From: a virus
Taxonomy: Duplodnaviria; Caudoviricetes
Length of the DNA: 43,256 nt
Virus record (IMG/VR): IMGVR_UViG_3300027419_000010
Location: 1 to 43,256 of that record
Strand: one strand, 5' to 3'
This document shows, in pieces, positions 34,835 to 43,256 of the stretch (position 1 is the stretch's first letter; each line of letters begins with the position of its first letter). Under the pieces are notes generated by a model, which worked only from the letters and a program-made list of their open reading frames with translations, was not told where the DNA came from and ran no database searches. The translations under genes and the position numbers were made by a program.

Positions 34835-35313
34835 TGAAGACATTTATCGCACAAAGAGAATGGCTTGCTCTTCCTACCGACCTAAGACAGAAGCTAGTCT
34901 ATCAGTTTGCACTTAGAAAAAGCGAAGGGATGGTGGTGGTGCAGAACAAAATCGTCTCGGACGGCTGCTCGCAAAAGGACTTGATGGGCCTCACGATCGA
35001 CAAGATGATTGACTTTCTCGGAAACGATTGGGAAAAGGTCGAAAACGAAAGGCTGTATGACGACTTATTTAACAGAGTATTAAACAAAATAAATGGAGAA
35101 ACAAAAGAAGCTGACCCCGAAGGAGCTATTGGAACTGAAAAAGAAGCAGGCCAAAGTGAAGAAGCTGCGGGAACTGGCCAAGAAGATAAACCAAGCGCTC
35201 CTCAAGGAAAGCGTGGAAGAAGCTCAGGACAAAATATCGCTATTGGCTCTCGAAATAGACGGACAGTTCAACCAGAGAAGGCTGACGACCAAAGTAAAGG
35301 ATCTCAAGATTAA
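34834..35313 (+). CDS. Hypothetical protein with low-complexity tail overlapping the next gene
   Basis: TAATG coupling; N-terminal ~85 aa look globular. Confidence 0.6.
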   Translation: MKTFIAQREWLALPTDLRQKLVYQFALRKSEGMVVVQNKIVSDGCSQKDLMGLTIDKMIDFLGNDWEKVENERLYDDLFNRVLNKINGETKEADPEGAIGTEKEAGQSEEAAGTGQEDKPSAPQGKRGRSSGQNIAIGSRNRRTVQPEKADDQSKGSQD

Positions 35314-35476
35314 GAGCAATGACGTTGCCGGGAAGGAATTATTGAAGATTACAGGCGACCTATGTGTCACGGAAGCGGTGGGAATGCTCAACGGATTCGA
35401 TAACGAGATAAAGGCCAAAATCAAGAAGGACGTTGCCAAGAAGACCATTGAGGAATTAAACGTCGAACTGTTATGA
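35093..35476 (+). CDS. Hypothetical protein
   Basis: 127 aa, ATGA-coupled to the next gene. Confidence 0.65.
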   Translation: MEKQKKLTPKELLELKKKQAKVKKLRELAKKINQALLKESVEEAQDKISLLALEIDGQFNQRRLTTKVKDLKIKSNDVAGKELLKITGDLCVTEAVGMLNGFDNEIKAKIKKDVAKKTIEELNVELL

Positions 35477-35802
35477 GAAGGTATAAAGTAATTATCGCCA
35501 ACTATCTCCTGAAACACCTGTTTAACGCCATCACCGAGGAAGAGATATTGAAGCATAACGGCAAGAAATTTATCGTAGGGGGCAAGGAACTTCCAGAGGC
35601 GGATTATCGGGACATTACCAGCGGAGCCAGAGCCATGAAAGAGATGTATGTCTGGAAGATGTTAAGCAAAGAGATGAAATGGAACGCCAACAAGGACATT
35701 TATCAGAAATCCCAGACTATAGACGATGTATTGTTCGGCAAGGCGGTGCTTTATACACTCGATGTAATGGAGAAGAAACTGGATAAATTATCCCAATTAT
35801 GA
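35473..35802 (+). CDS. Hypothetical head-module protein
   Basis: 109 aa, ATGA overlaps. Confidence 0.7.
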   Translation: MRRYKVIIANYLLKHLFNAITEEEILKHNGKKFIVGGKELPEADYRDITSGARAMKEMYVWKMLSKEMKWNANKDIYQKSQTIDDVLFGKAVLYTLDVMEKKLDKLSQL

Positions 35803-35984
35803 TCACGATAGAGCTTACGGACGAGGATGCTGACCTGTTCAAGCTATTTCGGAAGTATCAGGACCAATTCAAGATTTTGCTCAAAGACGGACTCCTGGAC
35901 TTCAAGCAAGGCAGGGGAGTAATCCACAAAAATGACGATGGAAAGATAAGACTTACCGAAGTGACGAAAGTAAACCGCCACTAA
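35799..35984 (+). CDS. Hypothetical protein
   Basis: 61 aa; IELTDEDA.LF..FRKYQ.QF..L. Confidence 0.65.
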   Translation: MITIELTDEDADLFKLFRKYQDQFKILLKDGLLDFKQGRGVIHKNDDGKIRLTEVTKVNRH

Positions 35985-36039
35985 TCACCATCCCAACGAA
36001 GGGACGTGAGAAGCTGAAAGGCTTTTTGCGTCCTTTTTT
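35985..36039 (+). terminator. Strong terminator with overlapping alternative hairpin before the scaffold/capsid genes
   Basis: 15-bp GGGACGTGAGAAGCT-GAAA-GGCTTTTTGCGTCCT plus T-run; alternative TCAC.TCCC-AACGAA-GGGA.GTGA. Confidence 0.75.
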
Positions 36040-36117
36040 GTTTGCCAGATGCGAGAGGCAGACCGAAAAGGCTGTGTTAATTCTAAAAGGCTGAGCGTGC
36101 CTAACGCTTATAAAACT

Positions 36118-36780
36118 ATGGAAGACGAACTTAAAAACGGGGCAGAAGAGACTGCCGACCTCACTGGTTCAGAGGATGAAACAAACAAGGAGTTAGAAAC
36201 AAAAGCAGACGAAACTGCTGAACCTGGCTCCGAGGTTGAAACAAACGAAATCGACTACGAAGCTGAACTTGTTAAGGAGAGAGAACGAAGAGTTAAAGCG
36301 GAAGAGAAGATCGTTGAAATGAAGCGCGGCTCTAAAAAACCGCAGGAAGATGACGAAGATGAAGACGACCTCATCAATCGCAAGATTGACGAACGGGTAA
36401 ATCTAGCCCTCAAGGAAAACTCTACCGACGCGGTGGAGGGGGAACTTCAGGACATCACCGACAACGACAAGGAACGCGAACTCATTAAGTTCCACTACGA
36501 GAACAGCATCAGGCAATCCGGTTATACCAAAGCCGCTATCCGGCAGGACTTGGAAAGGGCAAAACTTCTGGCAAACGAGTCTAAGCTCCGCAAGGAGAAC
36601 TCGGAGCTGAAAGAAGCGCTTAAAGCCAAAGCCGCCGTAGGCAAAGGCTCATCAGGAAATAATCAGATAAAGCCGGAAGTCGAGGAAGATCATAAGTTTT
36701 CCAAGGCAGACCTCGAATTCATGAAGAAAAGGGGACTGACCAAGGAAGAAGTCATTAAATCACTAAATAAGAAACAATGA
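36118..36780 (+). CDS. Capsid scaffolding protein
   Basis: Acidic N-terminus, coiled coils, upstream of the capsid genes; ATG 36118 after an A-rich leader preferred over 36049. Confidence 0.7.
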   Translation: MEDELKNGAEETADLTGSEDETNKELETKADETAEPGSEVETNEIDYEAELVKERERRVKAEEKIVEMKRGSKKPQEDDEDEDDLINRKIDERVNLALKENSTDAVEGELQDITDNDKERELIKFHYENSIRQSGYTKAAIRQDLERAKLLANESKLRKENSELKEALKAKAAVGKGSSGNNQIKPEVEEDHKFSKADLEFMKKRGLTKEEVIKSLNKKQ

Positions 36781-37280
36781 GTAAAATCATCGAAATTGTG
36801 AGCAACGGGGGCTATGCCGTAATCCCTACCATCAAATGGCAGGTACAGGCCGGTGCCGCTGCTTCAATCAAGGCTGGAACTCCGGTCAAGAAAGGAGCTA
36901 CTTCCGGACAGTATGTCGTTCCTTGCGTGGACGGCGACCTTACTGTCGCTACAGACCAGCCGTTTATGGGTATTGCCGCTTGCGACTCAACTGACACCGC
37001 TACCGCTGACGGCGTGGTGGAAGTTTATATGCCGCTGCCGGGTATCATCTATCGCGCTAAGGCTAAGACCGCTTCGCTTGCCAACACTAAGACGGAAATC
37101 GACGCAATGGTAGGGGACTATTATTGCCTTGACCTTACTACCGGAGACTGGACCGTCGACACAGCCGCCGCAGACGCCGCAGCTAACGCCTTTATGGTGG
37201 TGGGTGGTGATCCGAATACCAGTTCAATCGACTTTATCTGCCGGACGGACGCTACGTTCCTCGGAAGAGCGCAAGTTTAA
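36777..37280 (+). CDS. Capsid decoration/cement protein
   Basis: 167 aa beta-rich (IKAGTPVK...FMGIA...DG.V.V), between scaffold and MCP. Confidence 0.6.
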   Translation: MSKIIEIVSNGGYAVIPTIKWQVQAGAAASIKAGTPVKKGATSGQYVVPCVDGDLTVATDQPFMGIAACDSTDTATADGVVEVYMPLPGIIYRAKAKTASLANTKTEIDAMVGDYYCLDLTTGDWTVDTAAADAAANAFMVVGGDPNTSSIDFICRTDATFLGRAQV

Positions 37281-37298
37281 TCAATCTAACAAAACATT

Positions 37299-38228
37299 AT
37301 GGCTAGTTATAGTTCAGGCCTTAATCCGGATGTCGTCAAAACCGATCTTGATAAGGTTTTCATGCAGGAATTTGACGTGCTTTCCGGTCCCGGCCAGGCA
37401 ACGGTAGAAACTTCCGACATTTTCATCCAAGACACAGCCGACAGTTCAGCGGTCATCGCCGAAGTGTTCAAGGGTTCGGGTCTTTGGGAAGAGAAGGAAG
37501 AAGAGCAGGAAGTGCCGCAGGGAACTCCCCGCATTACCAACAAGGTTACGTTCTACGTTACCGAGTATTCCAAGTCAATCGACATTCCTAAGACTTTCTT
37601 CGACGACCAGAAGCATGGCTCCTACGAGAAGATGGTCAAGGATTTTGCCGAGAAGGGGCGCATTACTAAGAACACCAACGCTTTCGCGGTATATCGCAAC
37701 GCTTTCACGACCACTTTGACTGCTGACGGCGTGGCTCTCATCTCCGCTTCGCACGTTACCATCTCAGGCGAGACGGTTTCCAACCTCGTTACCGGGGCTT
37801 TGACCGAATCGACCTTGAATGACGGTATCGTTGCCCTTTCGGAAATGAAATCGCAGGACGCTGTGGTTGTAGGAAGTGGCGCTAACGCTCTTCTGGTTCC
37901 GCAGAAGCTCTACAAGAAGGCTTGTGAAATCGTCAAGTCCGAAAGACGGAGCGACACGGCGAACAACGACACCAACGTTTATTCCAGCGCTTACGACATC
38001 AAGGTTTACACTTCTCCCTACCTGGGTGCTGCTGCCGGAGGTTCCGACACCGCTTGGTTCCTCTTGGGCCGAAACCACTCCGTTACCCGTTGGGTACGCC
38101 AGGGTATCGAGACTACTTTGGTCGATTGGAAATATCAGCGCAATAACAACTACATCTACAAGGGTTCTTTTAGAGAAGTTGTGGGTGCATACGACTATGC
38201 AGGAATAGTTGGATCAACGGGTCTGTAA
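37299..38228 (+). CDS. Major capsid protein (HK97 fold, Mu gpT-like)
   Basis: DGVALIS.SH, L....L..G...L..MK, LLVP..L...A.EI..S...ANND.N, SPYL...TAWFL. Confidence 0.88.
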   Translation: MASYSSGLNPDVVKTDLDKVFMQEFDVLSGPGQATVETSDIFIQDTADSSAVIAEVFKGSGLWEEKEEEQEVPQGTPRITNKVTFYVTEYSKSIDIPKTFFDDQKHGSYEKMVKDFAEKGRITKNTNAFAVYRNAFTTTLTADGVALISASHVTISGETVSNLVTGALTESTLNDGIVALSEMKSQDAVVVGSGANALLVPQKLYKKACEIVKSERRSDTANNDTNVYSSAYDIKVYTSPYLGAAAGGSDTAWFLLGRNHSVTRWVRQGIETTLVDWKYQRNNNYIYKGSFREVVGAYDYAGIVGSTGL

Positions 38229-38319
38229 TCATCTAGTCCGGCCGGACGAAGTTTGCCAGTTCTTTAAAAACTGGCCCCGCAATGTTTATTCCCTTTCTAT
38301 CAGCGAATAAAACAAGAGG

Positions 38320-38586
38320 ATGATAGACAAAAAGCATTTTACGAAGTATGAGAGACGCTTTGCTCGCCAACTTCAAGAGTTACACATCAAATTCAAAGCA
38401 AAACAGATCATTTGCGGACACGAGGTGGACTTTCTTATCGGACGGAACGTGATAGAAATTGACGGACATATCCAAAGTACCAAGAAAAATAAGGTCTTAA
38501 TGGAAAACGGCTACAACGTATATCACTTCCGGAACGATGAAGTCCGAAACGCCCGCGAATGGCTTAAAAAACTAATTATAAGTTAA
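38320..38586 (+). CDS. DUF559-family endonuclease
   Basis: T.YE..FA..L...I.FK.KQ.I....VDF.I...VIEIDG..Q...GY.V.HF.N.EV. Confidence 0.8.
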   Translation: MIDKKHFTKYERRFARQLQELHIKFKAKQIICGHEVDFLIGRNVIEIDGHIQSTKKNKVLMENGYNVYHFRNDEVRNAREWLKKLIIS

Positions 38587-40454
38587 TGAAAACAGCAATC
38601 GGATATTTGGAGCTTGACGCTCTTACATCCAACCCGACCGATATGAGGGCAGACCGTTATGGTTTTGCCATCATCAACGGATCTCCTTATTACTGGAACG
38701 GCAGCGCATGGACGGCTTTCTCCGGAAGCGGAGCGGCTACTCCAACGCTTGACGCCGTGTATGACGATGACAAGGTATTGCTCATCGATGCAGGTGTCTT
38801 GGAATTCAGGGTTACGGCAGAAAGCAATGGGCTTTATCTCAACAAGTCCAATGTGGCTTCCGGCGACGTATTGGTTATCGCCAACTCCGGAACTGGCAAG
38901 GATATTACCGGTCCGGCTTGGTCTTTTATCTCTACTGGTTCAGTAGGTATCTTAGAACTCGCCTCAGGCGGTACTATCAACGCTACGGACGGAGCTTTGA
39001 CAATTGGAAAGACCGGAACCGCTACTACGATGGCTGGAACCGCTACCATTGCCGAAGGTATGACGCTCACCGCTGGCACGTTTACTCACTCAGACGGACT
39101 CAATACCTTGATTGATAACGCTAACGACGCGCAGACCCTTCTTATCACCAACAACACTATCTCGACTTACGGAGCAGGTCCTGCAGCTTCCGCTGGCATG
39201 GTAGTCCTTCGCTCTACTTCCCTCACTACCGGTTCGCTCTTGAAATTGCAGCTTACCGAAGGAACTCTTAACGGAGGTAACTATCTTGATTGTTACGACG
39301 TAACCGGATCGGCCATCGTATTCAAAGTCGCAGAAGACGGAGCCACCACTATTACCGGAGCAGGGGCAGTTAACGTCCTTACGCTTACTGCCGGAGACGC
39401 TGTAATGTCCGACGGTTCGCTTACCATTGCCGACGCGGATAATGCGGCTTCTCTCTCAATTACCAACAACACCGCAACGACTGCTTCGGTATTCGTTCTG
39501 GCTGGCTCTGGAGTGTTTACAGGTTCCACTACCGGTTCATTCATGACAATCACCCCGTCAGGACTTACCACCGGAACGGCTGTGTATATCCCGCTTGCAG
39601 GACTTACTCAGGGAAAGGGGATCGACATCCCCGCCAACGCGCTCACTACGGGACAGGTTATCAACATCTCTTCCAGCGCTACCGCGATTGCTACTACGGG
39701 ACGTTTATTCCTCTCTACTCACTCAGGCACTACCGGAACATCTGCGGTTCTCAATGAGTTTATCTCGGCTGCTACTGACGAAACGGTAATTGCTCAATTC
39801 AAGGCTTCTGCTGCCTTGGCTGCTGGAAAGATTGTCAATGTTTCGGGAGCTTCAATGACTACCGGATCAGCTGTATCTATTGCCGACCTTAACGCTCTTA
39901 CGACCGGTATCGGAGTCCACATCGCTTCAAGCGCAACGGCTATCACCGGAGCAGGTAGAATGTTCTACTCCAACCACACCGGAGCGACCGGCACTTCCGC
40001 AACGCTTAATGAGTTTGCTTCTGCGGCAACTGATGAGACTATCATCGCTCAGATCACCTCTACCGGAGCTTTGGCGCTTGGTACTTCTCTTGGCATTACC
40101 GCTGACGCTTGCACTACCGGATTCGGTATCAATATGTCGATGGACGCTCTCACTACGGGAGTTATGGTCAATCTGCACTCTGATTCTGCCGATACCACAG
40201 CGAGAAGCCTGGTACACATCCACAACGACAATACTGCCGCTGTCGGGACTGTTCCTTTGGAGATCGTGCAGGACGCTGTGCCGACTACGCACTTCAAGAT
40301 TGCTATGAAGCTTGCAGGAGTCACTATCTGGATCTCAGACGGTACAACTGCTAACTCAGCACTTTCCGGAACAGCTGGAGACATCTGCTTTAACGCAGGG
40401 TCAAACAAACCGGAATACTGTACCGGCACTACTAGCTGGACCGCACTTGTCTAA
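38586..40454 (+). CDS. Fibre/spike-like virion protein with LTTG beta-solenoid repeats
   Basis: 622 aa, T/A/G/S-rich; ~85-aa internal duplication (LNEFISAATDETVIAQ / LNEFASAATDETIIAQ). Confidence 0.7.
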   Translation: MKTAIGYLELDALTSNPTDMRADRYGFAIINGSPYYWNGSAWTAFSGSGAATPTLDAVYDDDKVLLIDAGVLEFRVTAESNGLYLNKSNVASGDVLVIANSGTGKDITGPAWSFISTGSVGILELASGGTINATDGALTIGKTGTATTMAGTATIAEGMTLTAGTFTHSDGLNTLIDNANDAQTLLITNNTISTYGAGPAASAGMVVLRSTSLTTGSLLKLQLTEGTLNGGNYLDCYDVTGSAIVFKVAEDGATTITGAGAVNVLTLTAGDAVMSDGSLTIADADNAASLSITNNTATTASVFVLAGSGVFTGSTTGSFMTITPSGLTTGTAVYIPLAGLTQGKGIDIPANALTTGQVINISSSATAIATTGRLFLSTHSGTTGTSAVLNEFISAATDETVIAQFKASAALAAGKIVNVSGASMTTGSAVSIADLNALTTGIGVHIASSATAITGAGRMFYSNHTGATGTSATLNEFASAATDETIIAQITSTGALALGTSLGITADACTTGFGINMSMDALTTGVMVNLHSDSADTTARSLVHIHNDNTAAVGTVPLEIVQDAVPTTHFKIAMKLAGVTIWISDGTTANSALSGTAGDICFNAGSNKPEYCTGTTSWTALV

Positions 40455-40503
40455 TCTAAAACGGGGGAGAGGAGTCGACCCCTTTCCCCCTTAATTTAAA
40501 AAC

Positions 40504-40902
40504 ATGATTGACTTATCAACCGAAAAGACAATCCGAGAGGCGGCCATCTTAACTGACAGTTATGTTGCCGGTACGATCCTGGGAGCAGAAACTTCCGACC
40601 CGACGGACGTATCGCAGTATAACCAGCTGATCTTAAAGGTGCGCTTTACTATCGGGAGCCTTACTACCGCGCAGGTAAAAGTAGAGTTCTCCGCCGATAA
40701 CGCCACCTACGACCAGGAAAGCACCGAGACGGTAAGCGGTGGGACTATCACTTGCGCTGCCGCAGAAAGGAGCTTTGCCGCAACGGGAAACTTCGAGATT
40801 CCTATCCCTATCTCTGCCAGATACATCAAAGTATCGGCCAAGGGAACCGGAACAGTTGATGGCTCGTCGATGTCTATCGGAGCTGTGCTTGCCGTAAATT
40901 AA
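40504..40902 (+). CDS. Small beta-sandwich virion protein
   Basis: 132 aa; VKVEFSADN..Y and ARYIKVSA motifs. Confidence 0.6.
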   Translation: MIDLSTEKTIREAAILTDSYVAGTILGAETSDPTDVSQYNQLILKVRFTIGSLTTAQVKVEFSADNATYDQESTETVSGGTITCAAAERSFAATGNFEIPIPISARYIKVSAKGTGTVDGSSMSIGAVLAVN

Positions 40903-40913
40903 CTCACAAACAT

Positions 40914-41516
40914 ATGATGGATTTTGTCAAAAAAACCTTTGAAAAGATTGACGAATACAAGAAATGGAACGCTCTTAGTGAAGCGGAACGTGTCAAATAT
41001 GAGGAATTAAAAAAGAAAAATGACTCTATCGAGGCCGGTTTTGCCGAACGCGAGAACGATCTTGTCGAAAGGGAAAAATCCATCAATGAGCGTGAGAGGC
41101 AACTAGAGGCCTCTATCGATCGCACCAGATTAAAACTCGAAACTTCCATCGAGGAAATCAACGAGCAGATAAGACTGGGGCAGATAGAGGACTCGAATTT
41201 GTCTAAAAGTATCGAGGAAAAACAGAAAGAAATCGAGGGTTTGAAGAAGAATACGGACTTATTCAGGAACGAAAAGGAAAAAGCCTTGCGCGATCTGGAG
41301 GGAATAAAAGACAAGATAGCTTCCCTTAAATTGAAAGAGAGATTGCAGGCAGACGAAAGCAGGAACTTGGAAAAGGAATTTGATAAAGTATCGGAAAATC
41401 TTAGGAAAAAGCAGGAAGAAATCAAGGACATCGGAAAACGGCAGGAAGATTTGAAAATATATGAAAAGAGAATCCAAAGGTACTACGACGAAGCAGGTAT
41501 AAAAATTAAGTTATAG
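40914..41516 (+). CDS. Long coiled-coil protein
   Basis: 200 aa of E/K/R-rich heptads. Confidence 0.7.
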   Translation: MMDFVKKTFEKIDEYKKWNALSEAERVKYEELKKKNDSIEAGFAERENDLVEREKSINERERQLEASIDRTRLKLETSIEEINEQIRLGQIEDSNLSKSIEEKQKEIEGLKKNTDLFRNEKEKALRDLEGIKDKIASLKLKERLQADESRNLEKEFDKVSENLRKKQEEIKDIGKRQEDLKIYEKRIQRYYDEAGIKIKL

Positions 41517-41518
41517 CG

Positions 41519-43256
41519 ATGCCTTATAGAGCAAACCAAGACAATCAGCATATAGGTTTAGGTGGAGAACTCACGGCCGCCGAGGAACTTCGCGTGCAGG
41601 AAATCCAGGCGCTTGCAGATACGGGGGAAGCCGAGGCTTTGGGGAAAGAGTCCGGCTCTGTAATAAAGAAAGAAGTCGGAGGCTCTTATACTTTACCTAT
41701 CGCCTCTGCCACTACTTTAGGAGGAATAAAAATCGGGACCGGATTATCCATAGACGGAAACGGAGTTGTCACCGCCGGATGGTCTATGACTTATCCCGGA
41801 GCCGGAATCCCGCTTTCAACCGGATCAGCATGGGGAACTTCCATTACCAATAACTCCGCGAACTGGGACACCGCTTATGGTTGGGGCAATCACGCTTCGG
41901 CCGGATATGTAACCGGAACGCCTTGGACCGCTATGGGCTATCTCACTTCCTTATCGGGAGCAGTCCTGACCGACCAATCCACTCCGCAGACCATCGGGCT
42001 TACTGGGGCCAGACTAGCTAAATTATGGGCTACGGATATTACCTGTACCAACGCTATCGCTGCAAGCATTACCGGGAACGCCGCAACCATTACTGTCGCA
42101 GACTCTACTGATACTACTTGCCATGTCGCACTATTCGAGGACGCTACCGGGTCTTTGGCCGCTAAGACAGACGGAGGGCTGACTTATAACGCTTCGACCG
42201 GGGTTTTGTCCGCTACCGGATTTTCCGGACCGCTTACAGGGGATGTGACTGGCAACTGCTCTGGCTCATCAGGGTCTTGCACGGGCAACTCCGCAACTGT
42301 CACGGGACTATCAGTCACTTCGGGAAAGACTTTAAGTGTTTCCAACTCGCTTACCATAACCGCAACTGACGGCTCAACCCTTGCAATCGGAACAGGGGGG
42401 ACACTCGGATCGGCCGCTTATACCGCCTCAACCGCTTACGCTGCCGCTCTTGGCGAAAACGACAACTACGTCACAGACGCAGAAAAGACCGCTATCGGAA
42501 CTATAAGCGGAAAAGAGGTAGCATCTAACAAATCAACCTCAGTATCTACTGATGGAGCAAGTGACACTAAATATCCCTCTGTAAAGGCGGTAAAAGATTA
42601 CGCCGACGGACTTGTTGCCGGACTTCTCGATTATCGTGGAGGCTATGACGCTTCAGGAAACGCTTTTCCAACGACAGGAGGCTCTGGCTCGGCTGGGGCT
42701 GTCCTCAAGGGCGATATGTGGATTATCTCAGTAGCAGGAACTCTCGGAAGCGTAGCAGTCCAGGTGGGGGATTCCCTTATCGCCAACGTGGATACCCCTG
42801 CTCAAACGGCTGGAAATTGGAATGTATTGAACTCCAACATCTCCTATATTCCCGAAGATGCAGCTAACAAAAAAACTTCTCTCGCTGACAATTCCGACAC
42901 CTATTACCCTACCCAAAAAGCGGTCAAGACGGCAGTCGACGGAAAGGTAGACGTGGTAGCAGGCAAAGGACTTTCAACCAACGACTACGATGACGCAGCC
43001 GAAAGTAAGCTCGCAGCAATCGAGGCTTCCGCCGATGTCACAGACGCAACCAACGTGGCAGCAGCAGGGGCGGTTATGGAATCCGATTACAACGCTAACA
43101 CGATCCTCTACGCTACCACCGACAACACCCCCGCAGCTCTGACAGTCGGAGAACAAACTATCGTAGGAAGAAAAACAGGCGGGGCGATAACGGCTCTTTC
43201 AGCTTCAGAAGTTAGGACAATCTTAAACGTAGCAGACGGGGCAACCTCCAACACCA
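41519..43256 (+). CDS. Tail/head fibre protein, 622 aa across the junction ending at 258 (missed by ORF track)
   Basis: ATG 41519, open to the end; YTLPIASATTLGGIKIG, WDTAYGWGNHA, YPSVKAVKDY/YPTQKAVKT and KVDVVAGKGLSTNDY fibre motifs. Confidence 0.88.
   Translation, partial: MPYRANQDNQHIGLGGELTAAEELRVQEIQALADTGEAEALGKESGSVIKKEVGGSYTLPIASATTLGGIKIGTGLSIDGNGVVTAGWSMTYPGAGIPLSTGSAWGTSITNNSANWDTAYGWGNHASAGYVTGTPWTAMGYLTSLSGAVLTDQSTPQTIGLTGARLAKLWATDITCTNAIAASITGNAATITVADSTDTTCHVALFEDATGSLAAKTDGGLTYNASTGVLSATGFSGPLTGDVTGNCSGSSGSCTGNSATVTGLSVTSGKTLSVSNSLTITATDGSTLAIGTGGTLGSAAYTASTAYAAALGENDNYVTDAEKTAIGTISGKEVASNKSTSVSTDGASDTKYPSVKAVKDYADGLVAGLLDYRGGYDASGNAFPTTGGSGSAGAVLKGDMWIISVAGTLGSVAVQVGDSLIANVDTPAQTAGNWNVLNSNISYIPEDAANKKTSLADNSDTYYPTQKAVKTAVDGKVDVVAGKGLSTNDYDDAAESKLAAIEASADVTDATNVAAAGAVMESDYNANTILYATTDNTPAALTVGEQTIVGRKTGGAITALSASEVRTILNVADGATSNT
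43130..43256. repeat. Terminal direct repeat (copy 2)
   Basis: Identical to 1-127. Confidence 0.95.

Noticed and set aside
36049-36117. N-terminal extension of the scaffold ORF
   Set aside because: Overlaps hairpins after the terminator; ATG 36118 has the A-rich context typical of this genome
38229-38255. Hammerhead ribozyme suggested by GTCC...GGACGAA
   Set aside because: No CTGATGA core or GAAA
379-43156. Numerous minus-strand and nested ORFs in the track (e.g. 14482-15117, 26964-27470, 40904-41431)
   Set aside because: Shadows of well-supported plus-strand genes, with no motifs; only 11948-13101 is accepted on the minus strand
43130-43256. Biological terminal repeat (T7-like DTR)
   Set aside because: Exactly 127 bp and mid-ORF; better explained as assembler overlap of a circular contig
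1-43256. Alternative genetic code (25 or 15)
   Set aside because: Code 11 gives dense, intact genes; TGA and TAG end genes at ATGA overlaps and tight junctions

Overview
The window is a complete, circularly permuted phage genome of 43,129 bp; bases 1-127 recur at 43130-43256. It is podovirus-like: terminase, portal, scaffold, HK97-fold capsid, tail adaptor/nozzle, several fibres and ejection proteins, with no tape measure or sheath. It also carries a tyrosine recombinase, RecT/YqaJ recombination genes, a replication initiator with internal iterons and an HNH insert, a putative C5 methylase, many small early genes, and a papain-fold peptidase/holin lysis pair. Almost all genes are on the + strand; the exception is a 3-gene membrane/secreted moron whose main protein resembles secreted-protein repeats I associate with Parcubacteria, so a CPR/Patescibacteria host is inferred. 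The most striking feature is regulatory. No CI-like repressor is recognisable, yet nearly every promoter is followed by a structured RNA with terminator/antiterminator geometry. A hairpin just upstream of the integrase displays a loop (TCTAGCAACGAG) complementary in two parts to the antiterminator region of the early-operon leader, and a neighbouring RNA mimics that target. This suggests an RNA-based lysis/lysogeny switch analogous to, but not recognisably homologous with, P4 CI and P1 C4. A tRNA-Thr-like RNA with a replaced anticodon arm and a pseudoknot-capable recT leader are also present. All structures were paired by eye and all protein calls are motif-based; no searches were run.
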